Of a DNA stretch of 64,000 nt, positions 27,701-40,245 are shown one piece after another. The position numbers were made by a program, and so were the translations under genes. The notes under the pieces were generated by a model, which searched no databases, was not told the DNA's origin, and worked only from the letters and a program-made list of their open reading frames with translations. Each line of letters opens with the position of its first letter. The stretch's first letter is position 1. The DNA comes from Pecten maximus (Eukaryota): NCBI RefSeq assembly GCF_902652985.1, contig NC_047017.1:28582001-28646000 (forward strand), written 5' to 3'.

Positions 27701-30700
27701 GGCCCAGTGATCAGATATGGGTCTGTAGCATGCTGGAGTGAAGCCAGGGCTAGCAAGTTTGTTCAAATGAATGACCTTGACCTTTATTCAAAGTCACAGG
27801 GGTCAAATCTGCTACTTCCTCGAAATAACCAAATGGTCCAGATAATCTATAATCTCAAGTTAGTGGGAAGTTTTGTTTACTTTTTATCTAGGTCAGATAA
27901 CAAAACACAAGGATGTGAGGCACCCATTATTTTAGTGTGACCATATGCTCAGTGATATGTTAAACATGTCAAGGTTTCTTGAAGTTAATATGTCAATATG
28001 TGGTAGTGATATGGTGACAAATATTGAGCTATATAAAGCTGATGATGAATTATCTATTACAGATAAGCTGATCATGACAGTCTCAGAAAGATCAGTTTTA
28101 ATATGCATACATGTACATGTATATACACGTATATGTCTAATCTAAACTTTATATTGTGCTTTAAGTATTTGCTGAATTAAATAACGGATCTTTAAAAACT
28201 GTGTATATATTAAATATGATGAAATGATGTACATATGCATGTAGAACATATATATAAAAGAGACAGAGACTGGATTAATTAGTTTATATTTTAATATTGA
28301 AGTTTGACCAATAAGATGTGAAATCTTAATATTTGCTTTTAACCAAAATTTGATCATATATACAATATAGCTATTTAATTTTATTGTTTGAAAATGAATT
28401 TGACTGAAGTTTCATAAGACTAAGCTTCATGAATAATGATGTTTGCATGAATGATACATGTCGTCCAGATTTGTCTTCACAATTTTATGTAAATTATAGA
28501 TATATATACATGTACATATATATATATGCTGATGATCTGGGTGATTGAACCTTTCCAAATAATTATTTCTGACAGAATTTATCATTCCCAAGAACCATAC
28601 TATATACCTGACCATCGTTGAGAGTTTGTAAGAATTATGACTCTATATAGTATAAACATGTACAGTAATAGAATAAGAACCATTATCATTCATCAACATT
28701 TTGCTCTGTTGCAGGAAAAGTTGAAGCTCATCACAGTATTTGGAGCAGGTCTCCTGGTTGGAACAGCTCTGGCTGTCATCATCCCTGAGGGGATCCATGC
28801 CATGAGTGAATCCAGTGCTGGTAATTATATATATATATAATCACTGTCAAACATCCTCTCGTCATATACATGTATTTCATATACAGCTTAAAATAACGAC
28901 CATAATAGAAAATTTATTTAAACTATTGATGACAATCCAACTTCAGCCAATGTGGATGCTATTACTATAAGTAATTGGTACCGGTGATTGTCATATACAT
29001 GTGTAGTTGGACTTCCCTTTGTTGAACACAGGAATGATATTAAATGAAATCATGCCAGTCATCATTTGTTTCCAATCATTTGACCTCACAATATTTATAT
29101 TTTTGTATACAGATATGAACTTGTGTGTAAATTATCAAGTTCAGAAGTGAAGTAACCTGTGCTGTAGTAGGGAAATGGAAAACATCACATTGATATATTT
29201 GTGCTTGCACAGAAATATTGTCTGGATCTAAAAATATTTTAGTAGAAACTTGATTTTCTGTGATATGTTACAGTCCATTTATATCATTAGAAAGTGCTTG
29301 CAGACTTTACAAATTCACAATCAATTCAGAGGCTAAAAACATTAGTATAGATTCATGATCGAAGAAACACTACATTTTGTATTAATTTGATTTTTATTTA
29401 CATCCAAGATGCACACAGTCATGAAGTTGTACACAGTGAAGTACCAAACAAAGAGGAAGGTGCACACACGGGGGATGACCACGCCCACAGCCACACCCAC
29501 AGTGTCTCTGACAACCACACTATCATAGGGGTGACACTAGTGGCAGGATTCATCTTCATGTTACTGGTCGACCAGATTGGTGGAGGACATACACATGTAT
29601 CTACAGGTGTGTATATATGGGGTCAGAGACTAGAGAAGTTGAGTAGAGATTTACCTCTACTGATGCTGTATCTATATTTTGTTTACTAATGTAAGAGTAC
29701 CTGTATATAATTTGCTTGAAGTGTTAGCGTTAAGCTAATTGTCACTTTTCCATCAACAAAAATTTTGACAATATATATTTTCAAGAGTAAAGCACTGAAG
29801 GTTAGACCGAAAGCTATTAAGAAATTGAGAAGATACTAGGTCAGGAGGTAGTGTATTCAATTTTGATGTGACTGTATGGAAGATGGAGAATTTGCAAAGG
29901 TGGGTTCAGGAGTGGGGATTCTGATAATAGATAAGAGAGTTGATATAGAGTATTTGGTCTGTTGTAACTGTAATGTCATGATGAAGATATTTGTTTATGG
30001 TTACCATATTGTGGGTAGGTTTCTACATCATGGTATAATGCACATCCTTGCATAGATCTGTCAGTGAACTTGTTATAACATGTCACTAATGTTTCAAGGT
30101 GTTGTGATAGTGACAAATCTACCAGCTCAACATGGTACTGTATCAAATTTTATGTAAGGATTCCACACAGAGCAAGCATATTCTAAAATTGGATACACTA
30201 GCTGTGACTTTTATGTTTGTTCTCTGATATTTTTCAAATTTACTTTGAAGTTGTGTGAATAAAACCTTAGGTTTTGTTAGCCTTGTCACATACCCGGTAA
30301 CCAGGTATATTCATGAATGTTTCTTTGCTTGTTTAATCCTACATTATCCTGTGTATGCTTTTACCTCCAGAAAAAGGTACTGGTAAGGTCTTTGATACAA
30401 CAATTTATCTGCTTTATTTAATAATAATAATAATGCTTTGAATGTTCTGAATCAGAATTATCATATACCCAGCTATCATCGTGTAAACTAATTATGTAAT
30501 ATTAATATTACCTTACCTGTATTACAATTCAGATAATTTATAGCAATTTCTTGAAAAGTACTGGAGGTATATTCCTTAAACTTCACATGTAGATTCTCCT
30601 TGGTCCTTTCTTGTGCCCATGGAATTATGAGTCTTATTGAGAAAACGAGATGGTCGATAGCCACCCATCTTGGAATTTGACTGTCAAAGTTTGTAATCAG

Positions 30701-33700
30701 TATATATATTTCTTGGAAAATACTGGAGGGTTAATATGAAGTTTCTCTTTGGCCCCAATGAATTTTCAGGAAAACAAGGTGGTGACAAGCAGCCATCTTG
30801 GATTTTGGCAGTTAAAATTTTGTTACTGATTCCTTTTAGATAGCTCTTATAGGATCTTTCTTAGACAGCATATGTATATTCCACATGTTATCAAAATATT
30901 TCAGATTTAGAAGAAGAGGGGAAAGAAGGGAAAAGTAGAGAGAAAAAAAATAAGTCTTTCATAGGACTGACATAAATCATTCAGTGGTGGTTGCCAGTAT
31001 CCCTCTGGGATCTCTTTTATGTTTTGCTAATTAAGCAACATTTTCACTTTTATGTATATTTTTTTTTAGCTTATTGATTTATTTCTAAGTGATTTCTTCT
31101 CTCTCTCTCTCTTTTTGTCAAGTGTTTTCCTTTTGTAGAGCACATGCTTGCTACAGTAACCATTAACAAATTCAACAGGATTATTGGGTAGATGCCAGTG
31201 TAAAAATAAATCAAATTTGAAATTAGAGGACACTTAAGTTGACAAATATAATTGTGTAAATTTGATTTGGTTTGGTTTGCTTTTAGTTTTGTTTAACAGC
31301 TTTTCAGCAATTAAGGTCAGTTAAGGATGGCCTCCCCTTTGTGCGAGATACATGCATCAGGCTTATGCGTGTGCATTGTAGGAGGCTGCATCGGGCTTAT
31401 GCGTGTGCATTGTAGGAGGCTGCATCGGGCTTATGCGTGTGCATTGTAGGAGGCTGCAGTATGTTGATGATTGTCTCTTTGTAATAGCACAGAACTGATG
31501 CAAACTTTATAGTGCTACCTCATTAAAGCAAGCTGCCAAGGACACCTAGCAGGACACCCCATTCGGTCACATTATGCTGAGGTGCAAACCAATTGTCCCA
31601 CTCCCAAAATGCTGAGTACTAAGCAGGGGAAGCAACTACCATTTGAAATTGTGTGGAGAGACGTTTTGTTTTTCAGTGTAAAGCAGAATGCTTTTGTGTA
31701 AAGCAGAATGCTTTCTTCTCTCAGCAATATAACTACTTTGTAGAATTCAGCATTCATTTGAGCTGATTGAATACTATACTTATGTAGGTTGTGGAATGAA
31801 TCTGTCATATTATTTTATAAATCAAATTTAGCCTGGGGTTGGGCATATGTAATCAATTTATATGATTCTTGCTTGAGTGGTTATCCCACTATCCATCACT
31901 ATGATCAACAACACAGATTGAATTTTTATAGTGGAGATATTTTGATTGCACACATATATCACAGACCAAATGTTGACTGTTTTAATGAATTTTCTGATAG
32001 AGATCTGGAATAGTCTCACTGTAAGGTTAAGGTTTGTAGCTGTAATTTCATGAATATAATCTTTTATGCTCTTTAAAATATTTTTCTGAGCAATGCTTTA
32101 CACAAGAGGCAGAGCTCAAACAGAAAAATATTTCCTTGTTTTTTGCAATTAATGAAAAATAGTTTGCCATGAATATATATACTTCTCCATTATCAGAAAT
32201 GTAAGGGCATGCATAGATTAACAATTTTTATAGGACTTCTACCGGTACTTACAATCAAGGTTTTTTTATGGTTTCACTTCTAAAGGCTCTACATTAAGTT
32301 TAATTGTACATTATCTCTTTGTAGATGCGGAGGCTAACGGAGCAGGGTCGGCAATCCAACAAAACCGTCATAAGATTACTGCCACACTGGGTCTGGTGGT
32401 ACATGCTGCAGGTACACACTCTTTATTATTGAAGTTGATACCTTACTGATATAAGCCCCTGTATCTTGGCCTTGCCAACACTTGGTCTGTTGGTACATGC
32501 TACATATACTCTCTTTATTATTGAAGTTAATTTTCCTTTACAGTAATTAAGCCCCTGTAGATAGTTATCAATCTGTATTATCAAGCGGAGATGTTTGGTT
32601 GTTTTTGGAAAAAAATACTATAATTTTAGTGAATTTTGTAGTTTGTTTAAAACTCACTATACTGACAAATAAGGACACATTTTGAGCTACTCAAGCCCAT
32701 GAAAATTTCTCTAGGCCAAGTGAATTTCTCTAGACCATGCAAGTTACTATAGGGTATGCAAGTTTCACGAGGTCAAGTGAACTTCTCTAGACCATGCAAG
32801 ACATTCTAGGATATGTAAGTTTCACTAGGTCAGGAGAGTTACTGTAGGCCACATAAGTTACTCTAGGCCATGTGAATTACTTTAGGCCATGTGAGTTACT
32901 TGAGGCCATGTGAGTTACTTTAGGCCATGTCAGTGACTCTAGGCCATGTGGGTTACTCTAGGCCATGTGAATTACTTTAGGCCATGCGAGTTACTCTAGG
33001 CCATGTGAGTTACTCTAGGCCATGTGAGTTACTTTAGGCCATTTGAGTTACTCTAGGCCATGTGAGTTACTCTAGGCTATGTGAGTTACTTTAGGCCATG
33101 TGAGTTACTTTAGGCCATGTGAGTTACTCTAGGCCATGTGAATTACTTTAGGCCATGTGAATTACTCTAGGCCATGTGAGTTACTTTAGGCCATGTGAGT
33201 TACTCTAGGCCATGTGAATTACTTTAGGCCATGTGAGTTACTCTAGGCCATGTGAATTACTTTTGGCCATGTGAGTTACTCTAGGCCATGTGAGTTACTC
33301 TAGGCCATGTGAGTTACTCTAGGCCATGTGAGTTACTTTAGGCCATGTGAGTTACTTTAGGCCATGTGAGTTACTCTAGGCCATGTGAATTACTTTAGGC
33401 CATGTGAATTACTCTAGGCCATGTGAGTTACTTTAGGCCATGTTAATTACTTTAGGCCATGTGAGTTACATTAGGCCATGTGAGTTACTTTAGGCCATGT
33501 GAATTACTTTAGGCCATGTGAATTACTTTAGGCCATGTGAATTAAATTAGGCCAGGTGAGTTACTCTAGGCCATGTGAGTTACTTTAGGCCATGTGAATT
33601 ACTTTGGGTCATGTGCATTACTTTAGGCCATGTGAGTTACTCTAGGCCATGTGAATTACTTTAGGCCATGTGAGTTACTCTAGGCCATGTGAGTTACTTT

Positions 33701-36627
33701 AGGCCATGTGAGTTACTCTAGGCCATGTGAATTACTTTAGGCCATGTGAAGTTACTCTAGGCCATGTGAGTTACTCTAGGCCATGTGAGTTACTCTAGGC
33801 CATGTGAGTTACTCTAGGCCATGTGAGTTACTCTAGGCCATGTGAGTTACTTTAGGCCATGTGAGTTACTTTAGGCCATGTGAGTTACTCTAGGCCATGT
33901 GAATTACTTTAGGCCATGTGAGTTACTTTAGGCTATGTGAGTTACTTTAGGTCATGTGAATTACTTTAGGCCATGTGAATTACTTTAGGCCATGTGAGTT
34001 ACTTTAGGCCATGTGAGTTACTTTAGGCCATGTGAATTACTCTTCATCATGTTACTAGTACATGTAGTTAGTCTAAGCTATCAGAGTTATTCTAGGCCTT
34101 GTGAGTTTCTCTATGCCTTATGAGTTTCTCTAGGCCCTGTGAGTTTTTCTAGGCCTTGTGAGTTTCTCTATGCAATGTTAGTTTCATTGTCATGTACTGT
34201 CTGTATTTGTAGCTGATGGTGTTGCTATGGGGGCAGCTATTATGATGCAGCGATCCCACCTGACCCTGATCGTTTTTATAGCCATCATGTTACATAAGGT
34301 AAGCGATTTGATAGCCGTCATGTTACATAAGGTAAGCGATTTGATAGCCGTCATGTTACATAAGGTAAGCGATTTGATAGCCATCATGTTACATAAGGTA
34401 AGCGATTTGATAGCCATCATGTTACATAAGGTAAGCGATTTGATAGCCGTCATGTTACATAAGGTAAGCGATTTGATAGCCGTCATGTTACATAAGGTAA
34501 GCGATTTGATAGCCGTCATGTTACATAAGGTAAGTGATTTGATAGCCATCATGTTACATAAGGTAAGCGATTTGATAGCCGTCATGTTACATAAGGTAAG
34601 CGATTTGATAGCCGTCATGTTACATAAGGTAAGCGATTTGATAGCCGTCATGTTACATAAGGTAAGCGATTTGATAGCCGTCATGTTACATAAGGTAAGC
34701 GATTTGATAGCCGTCATGTTACATAAGGTAAGCGATTTGATAGCCGTCATGTTACATAAGGTAAGCGATTTGATAGCCGTCATGTTACATAAGGTAAGCG
34801 ATTTGATAGCCGTCATGTTACATAAGGTAAGCGATTTGATAGCCGTCATGTTACATAAGGTAAGCGATTTGATAGCCGTCATGTTACATAAGGTAAGCGA
34901 TTTGATAGCCGTCATGTTACATAAGGTAAGCGATTTGATAGCCGTCATGTTACATAAGGTAAGCGATTTGATAGCCGTCATGTTACATAAGGTAAGCGAT
35001 TTGATAGCCGTCATGTTACATAAGGTAAGCGATTTGATAGCCGTCATGTTACATAAGGTAAGCGATTTGATAGCCGTCATGTTACATAAGGTAAGCGATT
35101 TGATAGCCGTCATGTTACATAAGGTAAGCGATTTGATAGCCGTCATGTTACATAAGGTAAGCGATTTGATAGCCGTCATGTTACATAAGGTAAGCGATTT
35201 GATAGCCGTCATGTTACATAAGGTAAGCGATTTGATAGCCGTCATGTTACATAAGGTAAGCGATTTGATAGCCGTCATGTTACATAAGGTAAGCGATTTG
35301 ATAGCCGTCATGTTACATAAGGTAAGCGATTTGATAGCCGTCATGTTACATAAGGTAAGCGATTTGATAGCCGTCATGTTACATAAGGTAAGCGATTTGA
35401 TAGTCGTCATGTTACATAAGGTAAGCGATTGGAGTTCTAGACTTAAGATACACTGTATTGAAGATCTAAAGATTCTTTAATCACGTATTTAACTTAAATA
35501 ACTTGACTACATAAATAAGTCTACAGTATTCACTAGATACATTTTTTTTTGTATTTATCTCCTGATACAACTAATACAACTGTATTTATTTTCAGGCACC
35601 TGCTGCGTTTGGTTTGGTCACCTTTCTATTACATGATGGTTTTGATCGCCCGAGGATACGAAGACATCTGTTAATATTTTCAGCATCAGCTCCAATTGCC
35701 TGTATTTTTACCTATGTCGGATTATCTGTCAGTCAGGTAAGACAATATAAACACTCGTAACTTCATCCGTTAGCTAGATACAATACTTGGAACTGTCTTA
35801 AATTCGAGCTATCAGCTAGCTAATATAGCTGTAACAGCTAAGAACAAGCCAGATTTGTGACAGAATTGTATTGATGGTTATATAGGGACGATAAAAGAGG
35901 GAGAAGATGGGCCTGTTTTATAATCACTCATGTCATTGGGATGACCTCATTACAAATATCTACTATTGTCTGGCATGCATTGTGCATAAAAGGGGACCAT
36001 TTTCAACTCCTCGGTAGCCATCACAAAATGTTTTGATAGGGCTTGTGGTAAGGATCTGAATCTGTACTGAAGAATAGTCTCAAATCACATGATCTTTAAC
36101 ATATGGTCATAACAGGCCACCTAGTGCAAAACACTATATGACTTTACTGATGTGTAACAGTTTGCTGAGACGTTAGCTTGCACACATGAGGCTGAGGCGA
36201 CTGAGATTTCACTAATGTTAGTAAAATGTGTACAAAATAAGTTGTTTGCTTTCATGCATTTATAATGACTGAAATTTTCATAGGTGCCAATAAGGTCCAT
36301 GGGCTATCATTTTATAAAAGTTGTGAACATATACAAAATGTAAAAGAGTCTTTTCATTAATATTTTCTTTTGTTATTTTAGGGCAGTTTAGGAAAACTTC
36401 ACAATTTTCAAACCACAGGAATTGCCATGCTATTTAGTGCTGGAACGTTTTTGTATGTGGCGACAGTACACGTCCTGCCAGAGGTGACCACACGTCATAC
36501 CAAACAGACAAATGCTGACAACACTGTAGTCATTCATGAACAGAAGGGATTCCGGCCGATTGACCTCGTGGCTATAGTGTCTGGGTCGGTGATACCCGTA
36601 TTGTTATCCTTTGGCCATAAACATTAA
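24748..36627 (+). CDS. SLC39A9: Zinc transporter ZIP9, 319 aa, 7 exons: 24748-24843, 28715-28820, 29409-29606, 32325-32411, 34213-34298, 35596-35736, 36382-36627
   Basis: [39 protein letters not shown], His-rich loop, [49 protein letters not shown]; all introns GT-AG with matching phases; total 960 nt. Confidence 0.96.
27447..27925 (-). mobile_element. Degenerate pearl/HINE-like element in ZIP9 intron 1
   Basis: TTTAGCTCACCTGCCTGAAGGGCAAGTGAGC terminal hairpin, CGTC microsatellite, internal repeats related to 15273-15932. Confidence 0.6.
29740..30290 (-). mobile_element. Old CR1/L2-like LINE relic in ZIP9 intron 3
   Basis: The minus strand at ~30155-30192 translates [13 protein letters not shown], a typical post-RT motif; otherwise decayed. 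Confidence 0.5.
30530..31017 (-). mobile_element. Older diverged copy of the 155-bp-repeat pearl/HINE-like family
   Basis: GCAGCCATCTTGGATTTTG and terminal ATCCCTCTGGGATCTCTT are shared with 38723-39913. Confidence 0.7.
31262..31640 (-). mobile_element. SINE-like body with an internal 34-bp tandem triplication (31350-31460)
   Basis: (AAACC)n-like tail on the minus strand and a GC-richer body typical of molluscan SINEs; head not recognised. Confidence 0.45.
32700..34165. repeat. 19-bp satellite (GCCATGTGAGTTACTYTAG) filling ZIP9 intron 4
   Basis: About 60 well-conserved units (32855-34040) with decayed flanks; ends about 50 bp before exon 5. Confidence 0.95.
34278..35430 (+). repeat. 33-bp tandem array of the ZIP9 exon-5 end plus splice donor (ATAGCCRTCATGTTACATAAG|GTAAGCGATTTG); 35 donors
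   Basis: GT donors every 33 bp from 34299 to 35421 (1122/33 = 34 extra units). Confidence 0.97.
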
Positions 36628-38722
36628 AACCCCACTACAGAGTCGGGAAACTTAATTGTGTGGTTTTAGTTTGATTCCAACTGCTAATGTTACAAAATTT
36701 ATTTAATTTGATGAAGCTATTTATTTCAAGTCAAGCACACTTTCAATGGTGCTGAAATTGACTTGATGTTGGAGCCTGCTCAGTCCTGTCTAGTGTTGTT
36801 GTCTAAATCTGTTTTTTTTTTTTATTGAATATTGGGCTAGAAATGTTCTGATTAGAAATTCAAATATGATAGCTTACTGAATATTTTAACATAACTTCAA
36901 TTTGGTTTAGTTTTCATCAATCAAATTATTAACCAGTGGACCAAACAAACAACAAGGAATATAAGATTTCATCTTTATATTATAATGTGTACAATGCAAC
37001 ATAGTTGGAATACGGGTTAGGGAGTTCCATTCTATGCCAGGGGACTGTTTTGGGTCCCTTTTTATCGACATATTGACAGGGCCAGCAGGTGAAAGCAAAG
37101 AATCATGAGATAGGGTTCTCAACCTCTGTAATAAGATTTCTAAGTTGCCAAACACTTAAGCCTCAGATGTGGCTAGTTGAGAATCTTTTCCCTCAGATTT
37201 GAGTTTTCTTTATACATGTTACCAAAAGTGGTGAAAAAATCTATTGATTTGTGTGTTAGGTACAATGTCATTTTTTTTTGTTATGTAAATCTACATTTAT
37301 ATATATTTTGTTTTAAATGAAAATCATTGTTTTAAACACAGGAATTTGGCAAAAATTTCCAGCCTACAATCTATATTTAATTTTGTATTACAGATATGGA
37401 CCATAGGTTGAGGATTTATGACAATCCCCTGTGTTTTTAAATACACATGTGAATTTTTTATACACATTTCAAAATCCATATCGGTCGTGTACATCATAAA
37501 AACATAGAATCCCTGGATGTCTCAATACTTTTTATTCACTGTTGTTTATCCAATTAAACTTTCTTTCTAAATTTTGTTTCTCAAAATAAAAAATTGATGA
37601 TCAATTTAATGAATCACCAAAAGATCATTGACCCAACTGGAGCAGACATTGATATTTATTCTAGTTCGGAAGTGTGCGGAAGTTATCCCAAATGCATTGT
37701 ACGTGTTATCAAATTCTTTTAAAATCAAATAATTGATGGAACATAAGACTGTGACAAAATACTCGTTTGATATTCATCAAGTCTTAAGAGACTTTACAAA
37801 AAAGTAAAGGCATTATATGTATTGTAGCCTGTTAACTGATGGACAGGTTGTAATCAGCCTGGCAGGCATCATGTGGTGTTACCTACAACACTTACTGTAG
37901 TATCACCATGTTAATTGTAATGTTTGTGATAGTTGTCTGCTGATTATTGATCTTGGTGTAGGATTGATATTATTGATAGTGCTTTGTTTGACCATTGTAA
38001 GGTAGAGATGGATTGGAAAAGAAGTTTATTTCATAGCGATTTTCCTGTATTCAGAAGGAAGCACATAAAAAGTTGCAAATAGAATCACTTGTTGAGAAAT
38101 GACTTAAATATTATGTAATGTTTAAATGTTTGTGACAATCCACACAACTACATGTGTATTGCTGTGAGGACTACACAGTAATATAACATTATCATATGAT
38201 GCTGGTGACATTATGAACTGGAATGAATTAAATCTGTATTATTCTGACAACACTCATGTTTAAGGTAGGTGTACATGTGTTTTGAATGAGGAATCTTTGT
38301 TGGTGTTATTTTGATATTTAATGACTGTTTTCCCGCCCCACTAAATGTAGGTTAGACTTGATATGGAATCATTGCTGGAGAGTCTTCCTTCCCTATAATG
38401 ACGTTATATAGTGTATCCCTATGGTGTCATATAACAACATTATGTGGTGAGATATAGAATCTTCAACTTACATTTTGACAGGTTTTCAAATAAAAATAAG
38501 GAGGAAAAAATTGAATGTATACAGCCATGATGTTGTGACATTTTCAACTGATGACTTAACCTCATTGTCCATATTATGTCTCATGATTTCTGACTGGCAC
38601 AGCCAAAGGAAATCTCTCTATGGTATATGATACTTGTGAGATCTGAGAAAATATTTCAAGGGGACATTCACTGGATAAGTGCTCAACTGTTATATTGGAA
38701 GTTAAGACTGAAAGTATCACCA

Positions 38723-39913
38723 TTTTTAGCCCACCATCATCAGATGGTGCGCTATTCAAATCGCCCTGCGTCCGTGGTCCGTGGTCCGTCCGTCCCCCCG
38801 TCCGTCCGTCCCTCCGTCCGTAAACAATTCTTGTTATCGCTATTTCTGAGAAAGTACTGAAGGGATCTTTCTCAAATTTCATATGTAGGTTCCCCTTGGT
38901 GCCTAGTTATGCATATTGCGTTTTGAGACCAATCAGAAAACAACATGGCCGACAGGCAGCCATCTTGGATTTTGACAATTGAAGTTTGTTATCGCTATTT
39001 CTGAGAATGTACTGAATGGATCTTTCTGAAATTTCATATGTAAGTTTCCCTTGGTGCCTAGTTATGCATATTGCGTTTTGAGACCAATAAGAAAACAACA
39101 TGGCCGACAGGCAGCCATCTTGGATTTTGACAATTGAAGTTTGTTATCGCTATTTCTGAGAAAGGACTGAAGGGATCTTTCTCAAATTTCATATGTAGGT
39201 TCCCCTTGGTGCCTAGTTATGCATATTGCGTTTTGAGACCAATAAGAAAACAACATGGCCGACAGGCAGCCATCTTGGATTTTGACAATTGAAGTTTGTT
39301 ATCACTATTTCTGAGAAAGTATATAGGGGATCTTTCTGAAATTTCATATGTAGGTTTCCCTTGGTGCCTAGTTATGCATATTGCGTTTTGAGACCAATCA
39401 GATAACAACATGGCCGACAGGCAGCCATCTTGGATTTTGACAATTGAAGTTTGTTATCGCTATTTCTGAGAATGTAATGAATGGATCTTTCTCAAATTTC
39501 ATATGGAGGTTCCCCTTGGTGCCTCGTTATGCTAATTGCATTTTGAGATCAATTGGAAAACAATATGGCCAACAGACCGCCATCTTGGATTTTGACAATT
39601 GAAGTTTGTTATCTCTATTTCTCAAAGTACTGAAGGGATCTTTCTCAAATTTCATAAGTAGGTTCCCCTTGGTCCCTTGTGTTGCATTTTTGGACCAGTC
39701 TGTCCTCAAAACAACCTGGCAAACAAACAGCCATCGTTAAATCTCAAATTTCTTATATAGCTAGGATTCCCTTATTTGAAAAGTACTGGAGGGGTGTCTC
39801 AATTTGCACAGATTAGTAAAATGAAGGGAAAAGTAGAGAAAAGATCAATCTGACATGGAACCTATGAAGATCATTCAATGGTGGGCGCCAAGATCCCTCT
39901 GGGATCTCTTGTT
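38723..39913 (-). mobile_element. Non-autonomous pearl/HINE-like element with ~155-bp internal repeats, copy 2 (more intact)
   Basis: Terminal hairpin GCCCACCATCATCAGATGGTGCGC, (CGTC)n microsatellite, about 6 tandem 155-bp units; the other end is the reverse complement of 12617-12720. Confidence 0.85.
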
Positions 39914-40054
39914 ACTGTATACAGACCCCCAAATGTTGCTTTCTTGTTGAAAAAGTTAAGGATTTAAGTAGTGAACATCTTGTGAAATGTCTCCTTTTAC
40001 ATGTGATATGGTTACGGTAAATGATTTAAGGGGTGGATTACCTGTACTTGGATC

Positions 40055-40245
40055 AAGTTTCTGTAACAGACTTATCTCCCTTTACCTATGACTGGGTTTC
40101 TGTAACAGACTTATCTCCCTTTACCTATGACTTGGTTACTGTAACAGACTTATCTCCCTTTACGTGTGACTGGGTTACTGTAACAGACTTATCTCCCTTT
40201 ACGTGTGACTGGGTTACTGTAACAGACTTATCTCCCTTTACTTGT
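40055..40245. repeat. 39-bp minisatellite, about 5 units
   Basis: CTGTAACAGACTTATCTCCCTTTACSTRTGACTGGGTTW. Confidence 0.9.

Noticed and set aside
34290-35430. Recursive splicing through the AG|GT in each ZIP9 array unit
   Set aside because: There is no polypyrimidine tract or room for a branch point within 33 bp, so acceptor use is improbable.
34190-35480. 417-aa (+) and 406-aa (-) ORFs as stand-alone genes
   Set aside because: Both are by-products of a stop-free 33-bp tandem unit; the plus ORF is ZIP9 exon 5 read through its donors.
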